64,000 nt of DNA from Verrucomicrobiia bacterium (lineage in GTDB: Bacteria > Verrucomicrobiota > Verrucomicrobiia > Limisphaerales > UBA1319), in the NCBI GenBank assembly GCA_963664225.1, contig OY760937.1, positions 5,056,001 through 5,120,000 of the forward strand. The letters run 5' to 3'. The position numbers were made by a program, and so were the translations under genes. Shown piece after piece: positions 1 to 9,904 of the stretch. A model generated the notes under the pieces. It was not told the DNA's origin and did not search any database. It saw nothing but the letters and a program-made list of their open reading frames with translations. The first letter of the stretch is position 1; the number at the start of each line of letters is the position of its first letter.

Positions 1-650
1 TTGACCGCATTACAGGGATCGAGATGGACGCCAAAAGCGGGGCGGTCCACGGCCTTGATCAATTTGAGATACGAGTCCGGATTGTGCGGAATGGCCCATC
101 CCATGATTTCATAGGAGAACTTCGAGCGCTTGGGTTTGACCGCATCAATGATCTTGCGGGCGTTTTCCACCACTTCATCGAAAAACTCCTTCGACAGGTT
201 GGCGGGATGCGGTCCGTACCAGATGTCGGGATTCCTGGACCCGGCGATATCGACACAACAGAGGGCACCGACGGCTTCGGCCAGGGCGAGACCTTCTGTG
301 ACGGTCTTGAGATTCTGCGCCCGTTTTTCCGCGTTGGGATCGGTGAGATTGACCCAGCGGCCGACCTCGGCGATGACGACGTCGTGTTTTGCGAACGCCT
401 CGCGAATGGCCTTGATGCGAGGCGCATCATTCAACGACACGCCGGGACAGTAGGCGGCGCGGTAACCGAGTTTGCGGTGTTCCAGCGCCAGGGCTTCAGG
501 ATCGCCTGTGCTCGCAAACACAGGGCCTCCCAGACGGACTGGTTTTTGCGCGCGCGACGGTTTATCCGCACCCCGCATGGACAGGGGCAAGGCCAGGGCG
601 GCGGTGAGGGTGCCTGTGGATTCGATGAAGCGTCGGCGCGATATATTCAT
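1..650 (-). CDS. Tat-exported sugar phosphate isomerase/epimerase family protein (xylose-isomerase-like TIM barrel), 3' end outside window
   Basis: Not in the ORF track. Manual translation from ATG at 650: MNISRRRFIESTGTLTAALALPLSMRG (twin-Arg signal), then ..VIAEVGRWVNL..ALAEAVGALCCVDIAG..YEIMGW..VDRPAFGVHLDPCN; frame open to base 1. Confidence 0.85.
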   Translation of the reverse strand, partial: MNISRRRFIESTGTLTAALALPLSMRGADKPSRAQKPVRLGGPVFASTGDPEALALEHRKLGYRAAYCPGVSLNDAPRIKAIREAFAKHDVVIAEVGRWVNLTDPNAEKRAQNLKTVTEGLALAEAVGALCCVDIAGSRNPDIWYGPHPANLSKEFFDEVVENARKIIDAVKPKRSKFSYEIMGWAIPHNPDSYLKLIKAVDRPAFGVHLDPCNAV

Positions 651-662
651 GTGGATTGTTTC

Positions 663-1412
663 CTATGATGGTTTTTGCAGGTCTTTGAGGGCATCCCGAT
701 AATGGGCCGCCTTTTCATAGTCTTCACGAGTCACGGCTTCCTTGAGGGCGATTTCGAGCCGCTCCTTTTCCGAGATGGGGCGCTGGGCGCGGATTTCCTC
801 CAGCCAGTCTTCGAGCATTTCGATTTCATCGCAATGCTCGATAAGGTCTTCGCGTCCGTGGATTTGAAAGAATTCACGGATTTGGCTCACCCCGGAAGCG
901 ACTTGTTCCTCGGCTGCGTCGTATTGGAGATCTTTCAAGGCGATGGAGGCCAGAGCGCGCGTCTGGATCATCAAGACCTGTGCGCGAAATTGGAGAATGC
1001 CCCACACGATATCCAATTCGGGAGCGTGGCATTCAACGAAATCCAACAGGGTGAGATTGTGCGCTGCATCCGCCACCACTCCCGCAAAATCATCCAACTG
1101 AAAGAGGCACATGCAACGGTGGTGATATTGGATCGACTCGAGTTGGAGGTGCAGACAGTCGGCGCCATTGAGGGCCGATTCCTCCTCGAGATTGCTTTTG
1201 GCATCGCGCAGGCTTTTGGCGCGATGATAATCCAACAGTGTGGGGTGACCATGCGGCCGCCTGCCGTCGGGCCGTCCTTTGCGGTTCATTTGCAGGAGCC
1301 CCAGGTCCATGCGCAGTTGCAGTTTTTCCTGGCCGTCCTCACCGGTAAATGGACGGACCATGACCTCGCCCGGTCTGTATTCCCATGCGTCAAGTATTGG
1401 CGAAATATCCAT
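663..1412 (-). CDS. UvrB/UvrC-motif (UVR domain) protein, PVC-type hypothetical
   Basis: C-terminal LEIALKEAVTREDYEKAAHYRDAL is a UVR coiled coil. N-terminal KLQLRMDLGLLQM..GRPDG.RPHG block. Start moved from 1631 to ATG 1412 (MDISPIL). Confidence 0.75.
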   Translation of the reverse strand: MDISPILDAWEYRPGEVMVRPFTGEDGQEKLQLRMDLGLLQMNRKGRPDGRRPHGHPTLLDYHRAKSLRDAKSNLEEESALNGADCLHLQLESIQYHHRCMCLFQLDDFAGVVADAAHNLTLLDFVECHAPELDIVWGILQFRAQVLMIQTRALASIALKDLQYDAAEEQVASGVSQIREFFQIHGREDLIEHCDEIEMLEDWLEEIRAQRPISEKERLEIALKEAVTREDYEKAAHYRDALKDLQKPS

Positions 1413-1625
1413 GTTCACGAGGGCAGTTTGAGAAAAATAGGCGATCAAGTCAATGGCAGGGGAATCGATCGGGAACGGAGGCATTTTCAACGAAGGAAGC
1501 TGGGATTGTTTCATCGGGAAATTCTTCCGGGCCTGAATAGGCGCTGAATATCGCAGTTTCCCGCGATTGAAATAATGATGAAATGTTGCTTTATCAAAGG
1601 GGCGTGCCTTTGATAATTTTCCGGC

Positions 1626-4600
1626 ATGCACACAGGATCCCAGTCTGGCATGGATTCCGCAAAACGCCCTGTTTGGTTCAGGGTCGTTGTGTTTTTTGCC
1701 GCCTATTTATGCTGCGCGTTCCTGGGGAGGCTTCTTTCGTCCACGGCAAATCCATTCATCGGTTTCTGGCTGCCGAGCGGCTTATTTGTCGCGGTACTGC
1801 TTCTGGTTGCAACGCGTTCCTGGGGTTGGTTTTTGGCCGCTGGAATAGTGGCCAACATTCTGTATGACGTTTATCACGGCAAGGCTCCGTCAGTGATTGG
1901 CTTGAATGCGGCGACCAACAGTTTTGAGGCTTTCCTGGGGGCGACATTGGTAAGGCGGTTTGTGACAGCGCGACCGTCATTTAGCACTTTAAAGGAAGCA
2001 GTGGGGTTTGTGTCGTTGACTGCGGGGGCGAGCGCCATGATCAGTGCGGCCGCAGGAGCCGGGACGGCAAGATTGGTTCTGGGAGGGCTGCCGTTCGGCG
2101 GCCTGTGGCTAAAATGGTGGTCTGGAGACGCCGTGGGGATTCTGGCCGTTGCTCCATTCGTATTGGCCTGGTCTGGATGGAGATGGAGCGAGTTGCGGGG
2201 AGTCAGTGTGCGGCGTTGGCTGGAGGCGGGTCTGCTGGCCCTCACGCTTGCATTCTTTGTCTGGTTCCTGTTTTTCTTCCGGGGGCAGGTTTTGATAGGA
2301 TTCAAATATCTTCTGTTGCCCCTGGTTATTTGGGCGGCCTTGAGGTTCGGGGTGCGTGGCGCCACGCTCGTTGTACTGCTTGGAGCCGTGTCGATGGCCT
2401 ATCCTTCGATGGGACATGGCGCGGATGCATTCAAGGCATCCAGCAGTCTGATCACACAACCGGCCCTGATGATGCAATGGTTTATCGCTGTTTCGTCAAT
2501 GACGGGATTGGTCGTGGCGGCCGCATGGCACGAAAACAATCAGAACGCCCAGCAATTACGTGAAAATGAGTCGCATTTCCGAATGCTCTACCAGAACGCC
2601 CCGGTGGCCTATCAATCGCTGGATGCGCATGGGAATTTTCTGGAGGTCAACCAGACCTGGCTCGACATGATGGGTTATGAGCGCGAGGAGGTGATTGGCT
2701 ATTGGTTTGGCGATTTTCTGGTCAGAACGCAGAGCGATCTGTTCCGAGAACGGTTTCCGCGATTCAAGGAAATTGGACAGGTTCATAACCTCGAATTTGA
2801 CATGGAGCGCAAGGATGGCCGTGTGGTGACTGTGGCTTTTGAGGGGCGGATAGGGTATGACAATGAGCGCATATTCCGTCAGACCCATTGTGTGATGCGC
2901 AATGTGACGGAAATCAAGCGGGCAGAAAATGCGTTACGCGAGAGCGAGTTGCGATACAGGACGCTTTTCGACGAGGCGGTGGAAGGCATTGTCCTGGCTG
3001 ATCGCGCCTCGGGAATGGTGCGGGATTGCAATCAGGCGTTTCTCGCGCTGACGGGCTGCGAGAAGGGGGAGGTTGCAGGGCGGCATCTGGATGCATTCGT
3101 TGTCACGGCCAATGGGGCGGCAGAATCCAACGGTTTTATCGAGGCTCAAATAAAGGCAAAATCGGGCGAGAGAAAAATAGTGGAGATCAAAACCAAGGAT
3201 TTGGAATTGGATGGCGAAGTTGTGCAGCAATATTTTTTCCGCGATATCACGGCACGCAAACACGCGGAGGACGAGCGCGACCGTTTGTTCAAGCTGTCCA
3301 TGGACATGCTTTGCGTGGGGGGCTTCGATGGATATTTCAAGCAAATCAATCCCGCCTGGAAACTGACGCTGGGTTGGTCGGATCAGGAGATGCAGGCCAT
3401 GTCATGGCTGGATTTGGTGCATCCGGAGGACCGGTCCGCCAGCTTAGAGGCCTGGGAGGATTTGCGGAAGGGGGTCGCCATGCGCGCATTTGAAAACCGG
3501 TTTCGTTGCAAGGACGGGTCTTACCGCTGGCTCTCCTGGAATTCCATCCCGTTGGTTGAAGATGAAGTGGCGTATGCCGTGGTGCGGGACACCACCGATT
3601 TAAGAATGGCGGTGGAAGCCGTAAGGGAGAGTGAAGAGAGGCTGCGGTTTGCAATGGAGGGGGCCAACGACGGTTTGTGGGATGTGCAGATGAAGACCGG
3701 GGCTTTCTTCCTGAGTCCGCGCGGATGCGAGATACTCGGATATCAATCGGATGAGATTGGGGCGGTCGCAAAAGTATGGAAGGATCTGGTGCATCCCGAA
3801 GATCTGGCGGTAACGAATGCAAGGTTGAAGGATCATATTCAAGGCCGTTCGGATGTTTTTGTGGTGGAGCAGCGGTTGCGCATGAAGGATGGCGGCTGGA
3901 AATGGGTTTTATGCCGCGGAAAGATTGTGGAGCGCGAATCTGACTGCACCCCAATTCGCATTACAGGCACACATAGCGACATCACCAAACGGAGACAGGT
4001 CGAGGATGAATTAAGGACGCTGAATGCGGAATTGGAGCGGCGAGTGCTGGAGCGCACGGCACAATTAGAGGCGGCCAACAAGGAGTTGGAGGCCTTCGCC
4101 TATTCGATTTCGCACGACTTGCGTGCGCCATTAAGAGCCATCAATGGATTTTCGAATATTTTGGTCCGCGATCACTCGGAAGGTCTCGATTCGGAGGCGG
4201 CCCGGTTTTTGCAATTGGTGTCGGCCAATGCCCAGAAGATGGGTCGTTTGATCGATGACTTGCTGGCGTTTTCGCGTCTCAGCAGACAACCGTTGCGCAA
4301 GCAAAAGGTCAACACGGCGGAACTAATCCAAACCGTATTGGCAGAGTCGCAGGAAGAGAAGGCCGGGCGCCAGGTTGAAGTGCGGGTGGGAGATTTGCCG
4401 ACGTGCCAGGCGGATCCCGCGCTGATCAAGCAAGTCTGGATCAACATTCTTTCCAATGCATTTAAATACACTCGGCATTGCGAGACCGCGGTGATTGAAG
4501 TGGGCGTTTTGCCCGGGGAAGGGGATTCGATCGCGTTTTTTGTGCGCGATAATGGCGCGGGCTTCGACATGCAGTATGCGGGGAAATTATTCGGTGTTTT

Positions 4601-4748
4601 CCAACGCCTCCATCGTGAGGATGAATTTGAAGGGACGGGCGTCGGTCTGGCGATTGTTCAAAGGATCGTTCAGCGTCATGGCGGGCGAGTCTGGGCTGAG
4701 GGCCGCCTGAAACAAGGAGCCCGCTTTTATTTCACACTCCCAACCTGA
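1626..4748 (+). CDS. Membrane sensor histidine kinase: MASE1 + four PAS/PAC + HisKA + HATPase
   Basis: MASE1-type FWLPSG and WWSGDAVG motifs, repeated PAS (VHPED..), H-box [15 protein letters not shown] boxes [24 protein letters not shown]. Confidence 0.92.
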   Translation: MHTGSQSGMDSAKRPVWFRVVVFFAAYLCCAFLGRLLSSTANPFIGFWLPSGLFVAVLLLVATRSWGWFLAAGIVANILYDVYHGKAPSVIGLNAATNSFEAFLGATLVRRFVTARPSFSTLKEAVGFVSLTAGASAMISAAAGAGTARLVLGGLPFGGLWLKWWSGDAVGILAVAPFVLAWSGWRWSELRGVSVRRWLEAGLLALTLAFFVWFLFFFRGQVLIGFKYLLLPLVIWAALRFGVRGATLVVLLGAVSMAYPSMGHGADAFKASSSLITQPALMMQWFIAVSSMTGLVVAAAWHENNQNAQQLRENESHFRMLYQNAPVAYQSLDAHGNFLEVNQTWLDMMGYEREEVIGYWFGDFLVRTQSDLFRERFPRFKEIGQVHNLEFDMERKDGRVVTVAFEGRIGYDNERIFRQTHCVMRNVTEIKRAENALRESELRYRTLFDEAVEGIVLADRASGMVRDCNQAFLALTGCEKGEVAGRHLDAFVVTANGAAESNGFIEAQIKAKSGERKIVEIKTKDLELDGEVVQQYFFRDITARKHAEDERDRLFKLSMDMLCVGGFDGYFKQINPAWKLTLGWSDQEMQAMSWLDLVHPEDRSASLEAWEDLRKGVAMRAFENRFRCKDGSYRWLSWNSIPLVEDEVAYAVVRDTTDLRMAVEAVRESEERLRFAMEGANDGLWDVQMKTGAFFLSPRGCEILGYQSDEIGAVAKVWKDLVHPEDLAVTNARLKDHIQGRSDVFVVEQRLRMKDGGWKWVLCRGKIVERESDCTPIRITGTHSDITKRRQVEDELRTLNAELERRVLERTAQLEAANKELEAFAYSISHDLRAPLRAINGFSNILVRDHSEGLDSEAARFLQLVSANAQKMGRLIDDLLAFSRLSRQPLRKQKVNTAELIQTVLAESQEEKAGRQVEVRVGDLPTCQADPALIKQVWINILSNAFKYTRHCETAVIEVGVLPGEGDSIAFFVRDNGAGFDMQYAGKLFGVFQRLHREDEFEGTGVGLAIVQRIVQRHGGRVWAEGRLKQGARFYFTLPT

Positions 4749-4755
4749 CGAACGT

Positions 4756-5208
4756 ATGATTGAGAATTACGCAGTCGATATCCTTCTTGTTGAGGATAAT
4801 CCGTGCGACCTCGAACTGGCGCTGGACGCACTGCGCCGACATAATCTTGCGAATCACATCCAGGTGGCCAGGGACGGTGTGGAGGCGCTGGATTTCATTT
4901 TTTGCACGGGAGCGTTCAAGGGGCGCGCGATCCCCGTTCAGCCCAAAGTTGTGCTGCTCGATTTGAAACTGCCCCGTGTGGATGGTTTGGAGGTGTTGCG
5001 TCGCATACGAAGCGATCCGCGCACCCACTCGATTCCCGTGGTGGTCCTGACCTCCTCCCGCGAGGATGCCGATATAACCAATAGTTACAACCTGGGAGTG
5101 AATAGTTACATCGTCAAACCGGTCGATTTTGAAAATTTCAGCGAGGCGGTGCGCCAGCTTGGATTTTATTGGTTGCTTGTGAACCAGCCGCCCGGCCCGC
5201 AAAGCTGA
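4756..5208 (+). CDS. Single-domain response regulator (Rcp1/CheY-like)
   Basis: [32 protein letters not shown]; starts 7 bp after the kinase. Confidence 0.93.
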   Translation: MIENYAVDILLVEDNPCDLELALDALRRHNLANHIQVARDGVEALDFIFCTGAFKGRAIPVQPKVVLLDLKLPRVDGLEVLRRIRSDPRTHSIPVVVLTSSREDADITNSYNLGVNSYIVKPVDFENFSEAVRQLGFYWLLVNQPPGPQS

Positions 5209-5271
5209 TTTAAGAAAATAACGGTCCGGGATGCGTATGGGATTGACAGGAAAACAAAATCCGGGCAAATG

Positions 5272-5290
5272 CTTAATAAAACTTATTAAG
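5272..5290. promoter_or_regulatory. Palindromic operator CTTAATAA-aac-TTATTAAG, candidate ROK-repressor site
   Basis: Perfect 8-3-8 inverted repeat lying between a TTGACA (5243-5248) and the ROK start codon (5296). Confidence 0.7.
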
Positions 5291-5295
5291 TAACC

Positions 5296-6474
5296 ATGGT
5301 TGTCGTTCCATCACATATGCGCCATCTCAACACGCAGGCCCTATTGGGCTGCCTGCGGCGGTTGGGGGTCGCGTCGCGCGCGGAACTGGCCAAGAGCATG
5401 GGCATGAGCCAGCCCACGGCTGGAAAGATTGTCGATGATCTGCTCTCCCTGGGGGTGCTCGAAGAGGTGGGCGGTGAGGAATCCAGCGGCCGTGAAACGG
5501 GCAAGACGGAGAATGCGGGGGGGCGTTTGGGTCGTCCAGGCCGGATGGTGAGGCTGGATCAAAGCCGGCCCCGGTTCATCGGCATTCAACTGGGTGTCGT
5601 GCGGACGCAGTTGGCGGCGCTGACGGTCGGAGGAGTGGATGAGGATCGATGGACGCTGCAAATTCCAACGCCGGACAGCCTTGAGGCCTGGATTCGGAGC
5701 TTGCGCGCGGCGGCCCGAAAACTGCCGCAGGGTGATTTTTGGGGGGTGGTTGTGAGTGTTCCCGGCATTGTGGATGAATCCATCGGGCACATTCTTTTTT
5801 CGCCGAATATACATTGGTCCGAGGCACCAGAATTGCTGCAGATGATTCAGGATGTTTGGGGGGTGCCGGCGTTATTGGTCCAGGAGGAACGGGCATTGGC
5901 GCTGGGTCACTTATCGGCCCAACCGGAAGCCCGTGATTTTCTGCTGGTGGATTTTGGTTACGGCGTGGGCGGGGCGGTGGTGGTGGACGGCAGGCTTTAT
6001 GCAAATCCACTGCCGATCAGCGGAGAACTGGGCCATACCCCGGTGAAAGGCAATTCACGGGTCTGCGGCTGCGGCGCGGTGGGATGTGTGGAAACCCTGA
6101 TCTCGCGGCGCGGCTTGTTGGAATCCTTTGGCGCACATCATCCGAAAGGGGAGATAACCTGGACGGCGCTGGCCCAGGCCATTGAAAAGGATGGGATCGC
6201 TCCGTGGCTGGGGGAGGCGCTGAATGCGGCCGGCAACGTGATCGCGGGAGCGTTGAATGTGCTGGGTCTGCGCAAGGTGGTGCTGACCGGATCCCTTGGA
6301 GAGCTGCCTCCGGCCGTTCTCGATCATTTGTCCGCATCAATTTTATCGGGAGCCATGTGGGCCCGCTTTGGCGAGATGGATTGCCAGGAGGCGCCACGAC
6401 GGCGGACCGCAGGACTTGTGGGCATGGCGATCGACCGACTGGTGATTCCCATGACGGCGCGCGAAGGCTCCTGA
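5296..6474 (+). CDS. ROK family transcriptional regulator (NagC/XylR-like)
   Basis: N-terminal wHTH SRAELAKSMGMSQPT, linker GRP, GELGH and the Zn motif CGCGAVGCVE. Confidence 0.93.
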   Translation: MVVVPSHMRHLNTQALLGCLRRLGVASRAELAKSMGMSQPTAGKIVDDLLSLGVLEEVGGEESSGRETGKTENAGGRLGRPGRMVRLDQSRPRFIGIQLGVVRTQLAALTVGGVDEDRWTLQIPTPDSLEAWIRSLRAAARKLPQGDFWGVVVSVPGIVDESIGHILFSPNIHWSEAPELLQMIQDVWGVPALLVQEERALALGHLSAQPEARDFLLVDFGYGVGGAVVVDGRLYANPLPISGELGHTPVKGNSRVCGCGAVGCVETLISRRGLLESFGAHHPKGEITWTALAQAIEKDGIAPWLGEALNAAGNVIAGALNVLGLRKVVLTGSLGELPPAVLDHLSASILSGAMWARFGEMDCQEAPRRRTAGLVGMAIDRLVIPMTAREGS

Positions 6475-6538
6475 CATGATTTAAACGCTTGCAAACACAG
6501 AAAATATTTAAAATAACAATCAAACAAAACAAAACACC

Positions 6539-7942
6539 ATGGCAACTTTTGGCATCATCATAGGCAATCGCGGATTTTTTCCTGATCATTTGTGCATCAA
6601 AGGCCGCGAGGGTATTCTGGCGGCATTGAAAAAGGGCGGGCACGAGGCGATTCTTCTGCCCGTGGACGCCACCAAGGTGGGAGCGGTGGAAAGTCTGGCG
6701 GACGCGCAAAAATACGCCGATTTATTCAAGGCCAATCGTGAGAAAATCGATGGCGTGATCGTGACCCTGCCCAATTTCGGTGACGAGCGCGCTGTGGCCA
6801 ATACGTTGCGTTGGTCCGAACTGGACGTGCCGGTGCTCATTCAAGCGTCACCCGACGACGGCAAACAAATGACCATCAAAAACCGGCGGGATAGTTTTTG
6901 CGGGAAAATGTCCGCTTGCAACAATTTGCGCCAGTATGGGATTCCTTTTTCCCTGACGCAGTTGCATACCGAGGCGCTGGACAGCGCGGAATTCCAGCAG
7001 GATCTGGAGCAGTTCGCCGCGACCTGCCGGATTGTTCGCAGTCTGCGGCATGCGCGCATCGGGGCCATCGGGGCGCGTCCGGCTGCGTTTAACACGGTGC
7101 GCTACAGCGAGAAACTGCTCGAGGCGTCCGGCATCACGGTGGAGACACTTGATCTCAGCGAGCTTTTGGGCTGGGTCAAAAAACTCACGGATACGGACAG
7201 CGCGGTCAAAGAAAAGCTGGAGGCGATCAAGGCCTACACCAATACCAAGAGCGCCCCGTCTGAGAGTCTTGTCAAGATGGCCAAATTGGGAGTGGCGATC
7301 GATCGTTGGGTGCGGGATAACAAGCTTTCCGCCACGGCCATTCAATGTTGGACGGCGCTCGAGGAGTTTTATGGTGTGGTGCCCTGCACCTTGATGAGCA
7401 TGATGTCGAACAACCTGATGCCCAGCGCCTGCGAAACAGACGTTGCCGGTCTGGTGGGCATGTGCATCCTGCAGGCGGCCTCGGGACAGCCGTCGGCCTT
7501 ATTGGACTGGAATAACAATTACAGCAAAGACCCGAACAAAGGGGTGCTGTTCCATTGCTCCAATCTACCCAAGGCCTTTTTTGCCACGCAGAAAATGGAT
7601 TACCAGGAAATCATTGCGGGCACGGTCGGCAAGGAAAACACCTATGGCACGATTGTTGGACGGATTGCGCCGGGGCCGTTCACCTATTGCCGCATCTCAA
7701 CGGATGATCTGGAGGGGCGGATTACGGCTTACTTTGGCGAGGGAAAATTCACCGATGACAAGCTCGAAACATTCGGCGGTTACGGAGTGTTTGAAATTCC
7801 CCGTTTGCAGGGATTGCTGGAGTTTATCTGCAGAAACGGATTCGAACATCATGTGGCAGCCAACAAAGCGGCCGTGGCTGGGGCCGTCGAGGATGCCCTC
7901 GAGAACTACCTCGGCTGGGATGTCTATCATCACAAAGCCTGA
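6539..7942 (+). CDS. L-fucose/L-arabinose isomerase family protein, probable non-canonical L-arabinose isomerase
   Basis: NRGFFP, NFGDE, RRDSFCGK, AIQCW, ACETD (metal Glu/Asp), LFHCSN and C-terminal GFEHHVA motifs of the FucI/AraA fold. Substrate inferred from context. Confidence 0.8.
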   Translation: MATFGIIIGNRGFFPDHLCIKGREGILAALKKGGHEAILLPVDATKVGAVESLADAQKYADLFKANREKIDGVIVTLPNFGDERAVANTLRWSELDVPVLIQASPDDGKQMTIKNRRDSFCGKMSACNNLRQYGIPFSLTQLHTEALDSAEFQQDLEQFAATCRIVRSLRHARIGAIGARPAAFNTVRYSEKLLEASGITVETLDLSELLGWVKKLTDTDSAVKEKLEAIKAYTNTKSAPSESLVKMAKLGVAIDRWVRDNKLSATAIQCWTALEEFYGVVPCTLMSMMSNNLMPSACETDVAGLVGMCILQAASGQPSALLDWNNNYSKDPNKGVLFHCSNLPKAFFATQKMDYQEIIAGTVGKENTYGTIVGRIAPGPFTYCRISTDDLEGRITAYFGEGKFTDDKLETFGGYGVFEIPRLQGLLEFICRNGFEHHVAANKAAVAGAVEDALENYLGWDVYHHKA

Positions 7943-7996
7943 TTTCCAAAACAGAACGCACAACACACAAACCCATAACTTGATCGACATGGCAAC

Positions 7997-9805
7997 ATGA
8001 ACTCCATGATTCCCTTACTGGCGGTGGCGGGTGCCAAGCCAACATTGACTGGCATCGACTGGCTGATGATCGTGCTCTACTTCGGCATTTTGCTGGGGGT
8101 GGTGACATGGGTCGTGCGCCGGGGCAAAGACACTGCGGACGACTATTTTCTGGCGGGCCGCAATCTCGGTTGGTGGGTGATCGGGGCGTCGATTTTCGCC
8201 TCGAACATCGGTTCGGAACACATCGTTGGCCTGGCCGGATCGGGCGCCAAGGATGGTGTGGCCATGGCCCACTATGAATTGCACGCGTGGTGTTTGCTGG
8301 TGCTGGCGTGGGTCTTTGTGCCCTTTTACGCGCGGTCGCTCGTGTTCACCATGCCGGAGTTTCTGGAGCGCCGGTTCTGCGTCAAATCAAGGTATGTGCT
8401 TTCGGTGGTCTCACTGATCACCTTTGTGGTGTCGAAGATTGCGGTGGGCATTTTCGCGGGCGGCGTGGTGTTTGGCACCCTGCTACCGGAGCTGCAACTG
8501 AACCTGGGCGGTTTCGTGATCGACAGCTTCTGGATTGGTTCGGTGGTGGTGATTGTGCTCACCGGGTTGTACACCACTCTGGGGGGCATGCGCGCAGTGG
8601 CCTACAATGACGCCGTCCAGGTGGTCGTGTTGATCGGCGGTTCGGCCTTGTTGACCATCTATGGTTTGAGCGAACTAGGCGGATGGGGCGAGTTGAGGCG
8701 CATCTGCGGTAGTGAGATGTTCAATCTCTGGAAACCGCTGATTCCGGCGGGCATGGAGGGGTCGTGGGCGCCGGTCAAGGAACCGACACGGATTGCCTGG
8801 TACTTCAATACCAATTTCCCCTGGCTGGGCATGGCCATCTGCGCGCCCGTCATCGGTCTGTGGTATTGGTGCACGGACCAGTACATCGTGCAGCGCGCGC
8901 TGGGTGCACCCAACATGCGCGTGGCGCGGCAGGGCAGCATCTTCGCCGCGTTCCTCAAATTGTTCCCGGTGTATCTGTTCATCATACCCGGTCTGATTTG
9001 TTTTGCGCTCGCCAAGAGTGGAAAGAATCCCGCGCTGGCGGATGTGTTTTACGGGCCGAACGCCAGTCCCACCGCGTCCCAGGGCGCATTTCCGTTGATG
9101 GTTCAGTATCTTCTGCCACCCGGGTTGCGCGGCATAGTCGTGGCAGGATTGCTCTCGGCGCTGATGGGTTCGCTGGCCGGTGTTTTCAATGCGTGCTCCA
9201 CCTTGTTCACGGTGGACTTGTATCAGAAATGGAAACCCAAGGCCACGCAGCACCAGTTGGTTCGCACCGGGCGCATGGCCACCGTGGTGATGGTGTTGAT
9301 CGCGCTGATGTGGATTCCCGTCATCAAAGGCGCGCACGGGCTTTATGAGTACTTGCAGGCGGTTCAGGGTTATCTCGCGCCGCCCATTTTTGTCGTGTTT
9401 TTCTTTGGCGTGTTTTTCAAGCGCCTCAATGCGCCCGGCTGCTTGTGGGCCATGATCGTAGGCTTCATACTGGGCGTGTTCCGCATGGCAGTGGATACCC
9501 CTGTCACGATGAAGCTCGCCGGATTTGAAAATGGTTACACGCAGGGTTCGTTCCTGTGGATTGTTAACAACATCAATTTCCAGTACTTCAGCATTTTAAT
9601 CACGCTGGTCTCCGCCATCGTCATGGTTGCGGTCAGTTACATGACCGCTGCGCCAGACTATAAACACATCAAAGGCCTGACCTTTGGCACTACAACTGAC
9701 GAAAACCGCGCCGAGACGTATGCGAGCTGGGGTTGGCAGGAGGTTGTGGCTTCCGTTGTCGTCCTGGGCTTCATCATTGGGGCCTATGTCTATTTCCGAG
9801 GCTGA
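7997..9805 (+). CDS. Sodium:solute symporter (SGLT-like), probable pentose importer
   Basis: DYFLAGR, ASNIGSEH, TMPEFLERRF, WYWCTDQYIVQR, ALMGSL..FN; highly hydrophobic. Confidence 0.93.
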   Translation: MNSMIPLLAVAGAKPTLTGIDWLMIVLYFGILLGVVTWVVRRGKDTADDYFLAGRNLGWWVIGASIFASNIGSEHIVGLAGSGAKDGVAMAHYELHAWCLLVLAWVFVPFYARSLVFTMPEFLERRFCVKSRYVLSVVSLITFVVSKIAVGIFAGGVVFGTLLPELQLNLGGFVIDSFWIGSVVVIVLTGLYTTLGGMRAVAYNDAVQVVVLIGGSALLTIYGLSELGGWGELRRICGSEMFNLWKPLIPAGMEGSWAPVKEPTRIAWYFNTNFPWLGMAICAPVIGLWYWCTDQYIVQRALGAPNMRVARQGSIFAAFLKLFPVYLFIIPGLICFALAKSGKNPALADVFYGPNASPTASQGAFPLMVQYLLPPGLRGIVVAGLLSALMGSLAGVFNACSTLFTVDLYQKWKPKATQHQLVRTGRMATVVMVLIALMWIPVIKGAHGLYEYLQAVQGYLAPPIFVVFFFGVFFKRLNAPGCLWAMIVGFILGVFRMAVDTPVTMKLAGFENGYTQGSFLWIVNNINFQYFSILITLVSAIVMVAVSYMTAAPDYKHIKGLTFGTTTDENRAETYASWGWQEVVASVVVLGFIIGAYVYFRG

Positions 9806-9830
9806 TTTTTGACTTGGCCTGAATACCTTG

Positions 9831-9858
9831 GGGTCGATAAGGAACCACTTATCGACCC
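9831..9858 (+). terminator. Intra-operon hairpin (attenuator or mRNA stabiliser)
   Basis: Perfect 11-bp stem GGGTCGATAAG/CTTATCGACCC, 6-nt loop, weak tail TTCAACCTTTT. Confidence 0.55.
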
Positions 9859-9904
9859 TTCAACCTTTTGAATTCCGCTTTATACCTTCCATTCGATCAC
9901 GATT

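Noticed and set aside
24..668. 214-aa plus-strand ORF
   Set aside because: Antisense shadow of the Tat TIM-barrel gene on the minus strand; no motifs.
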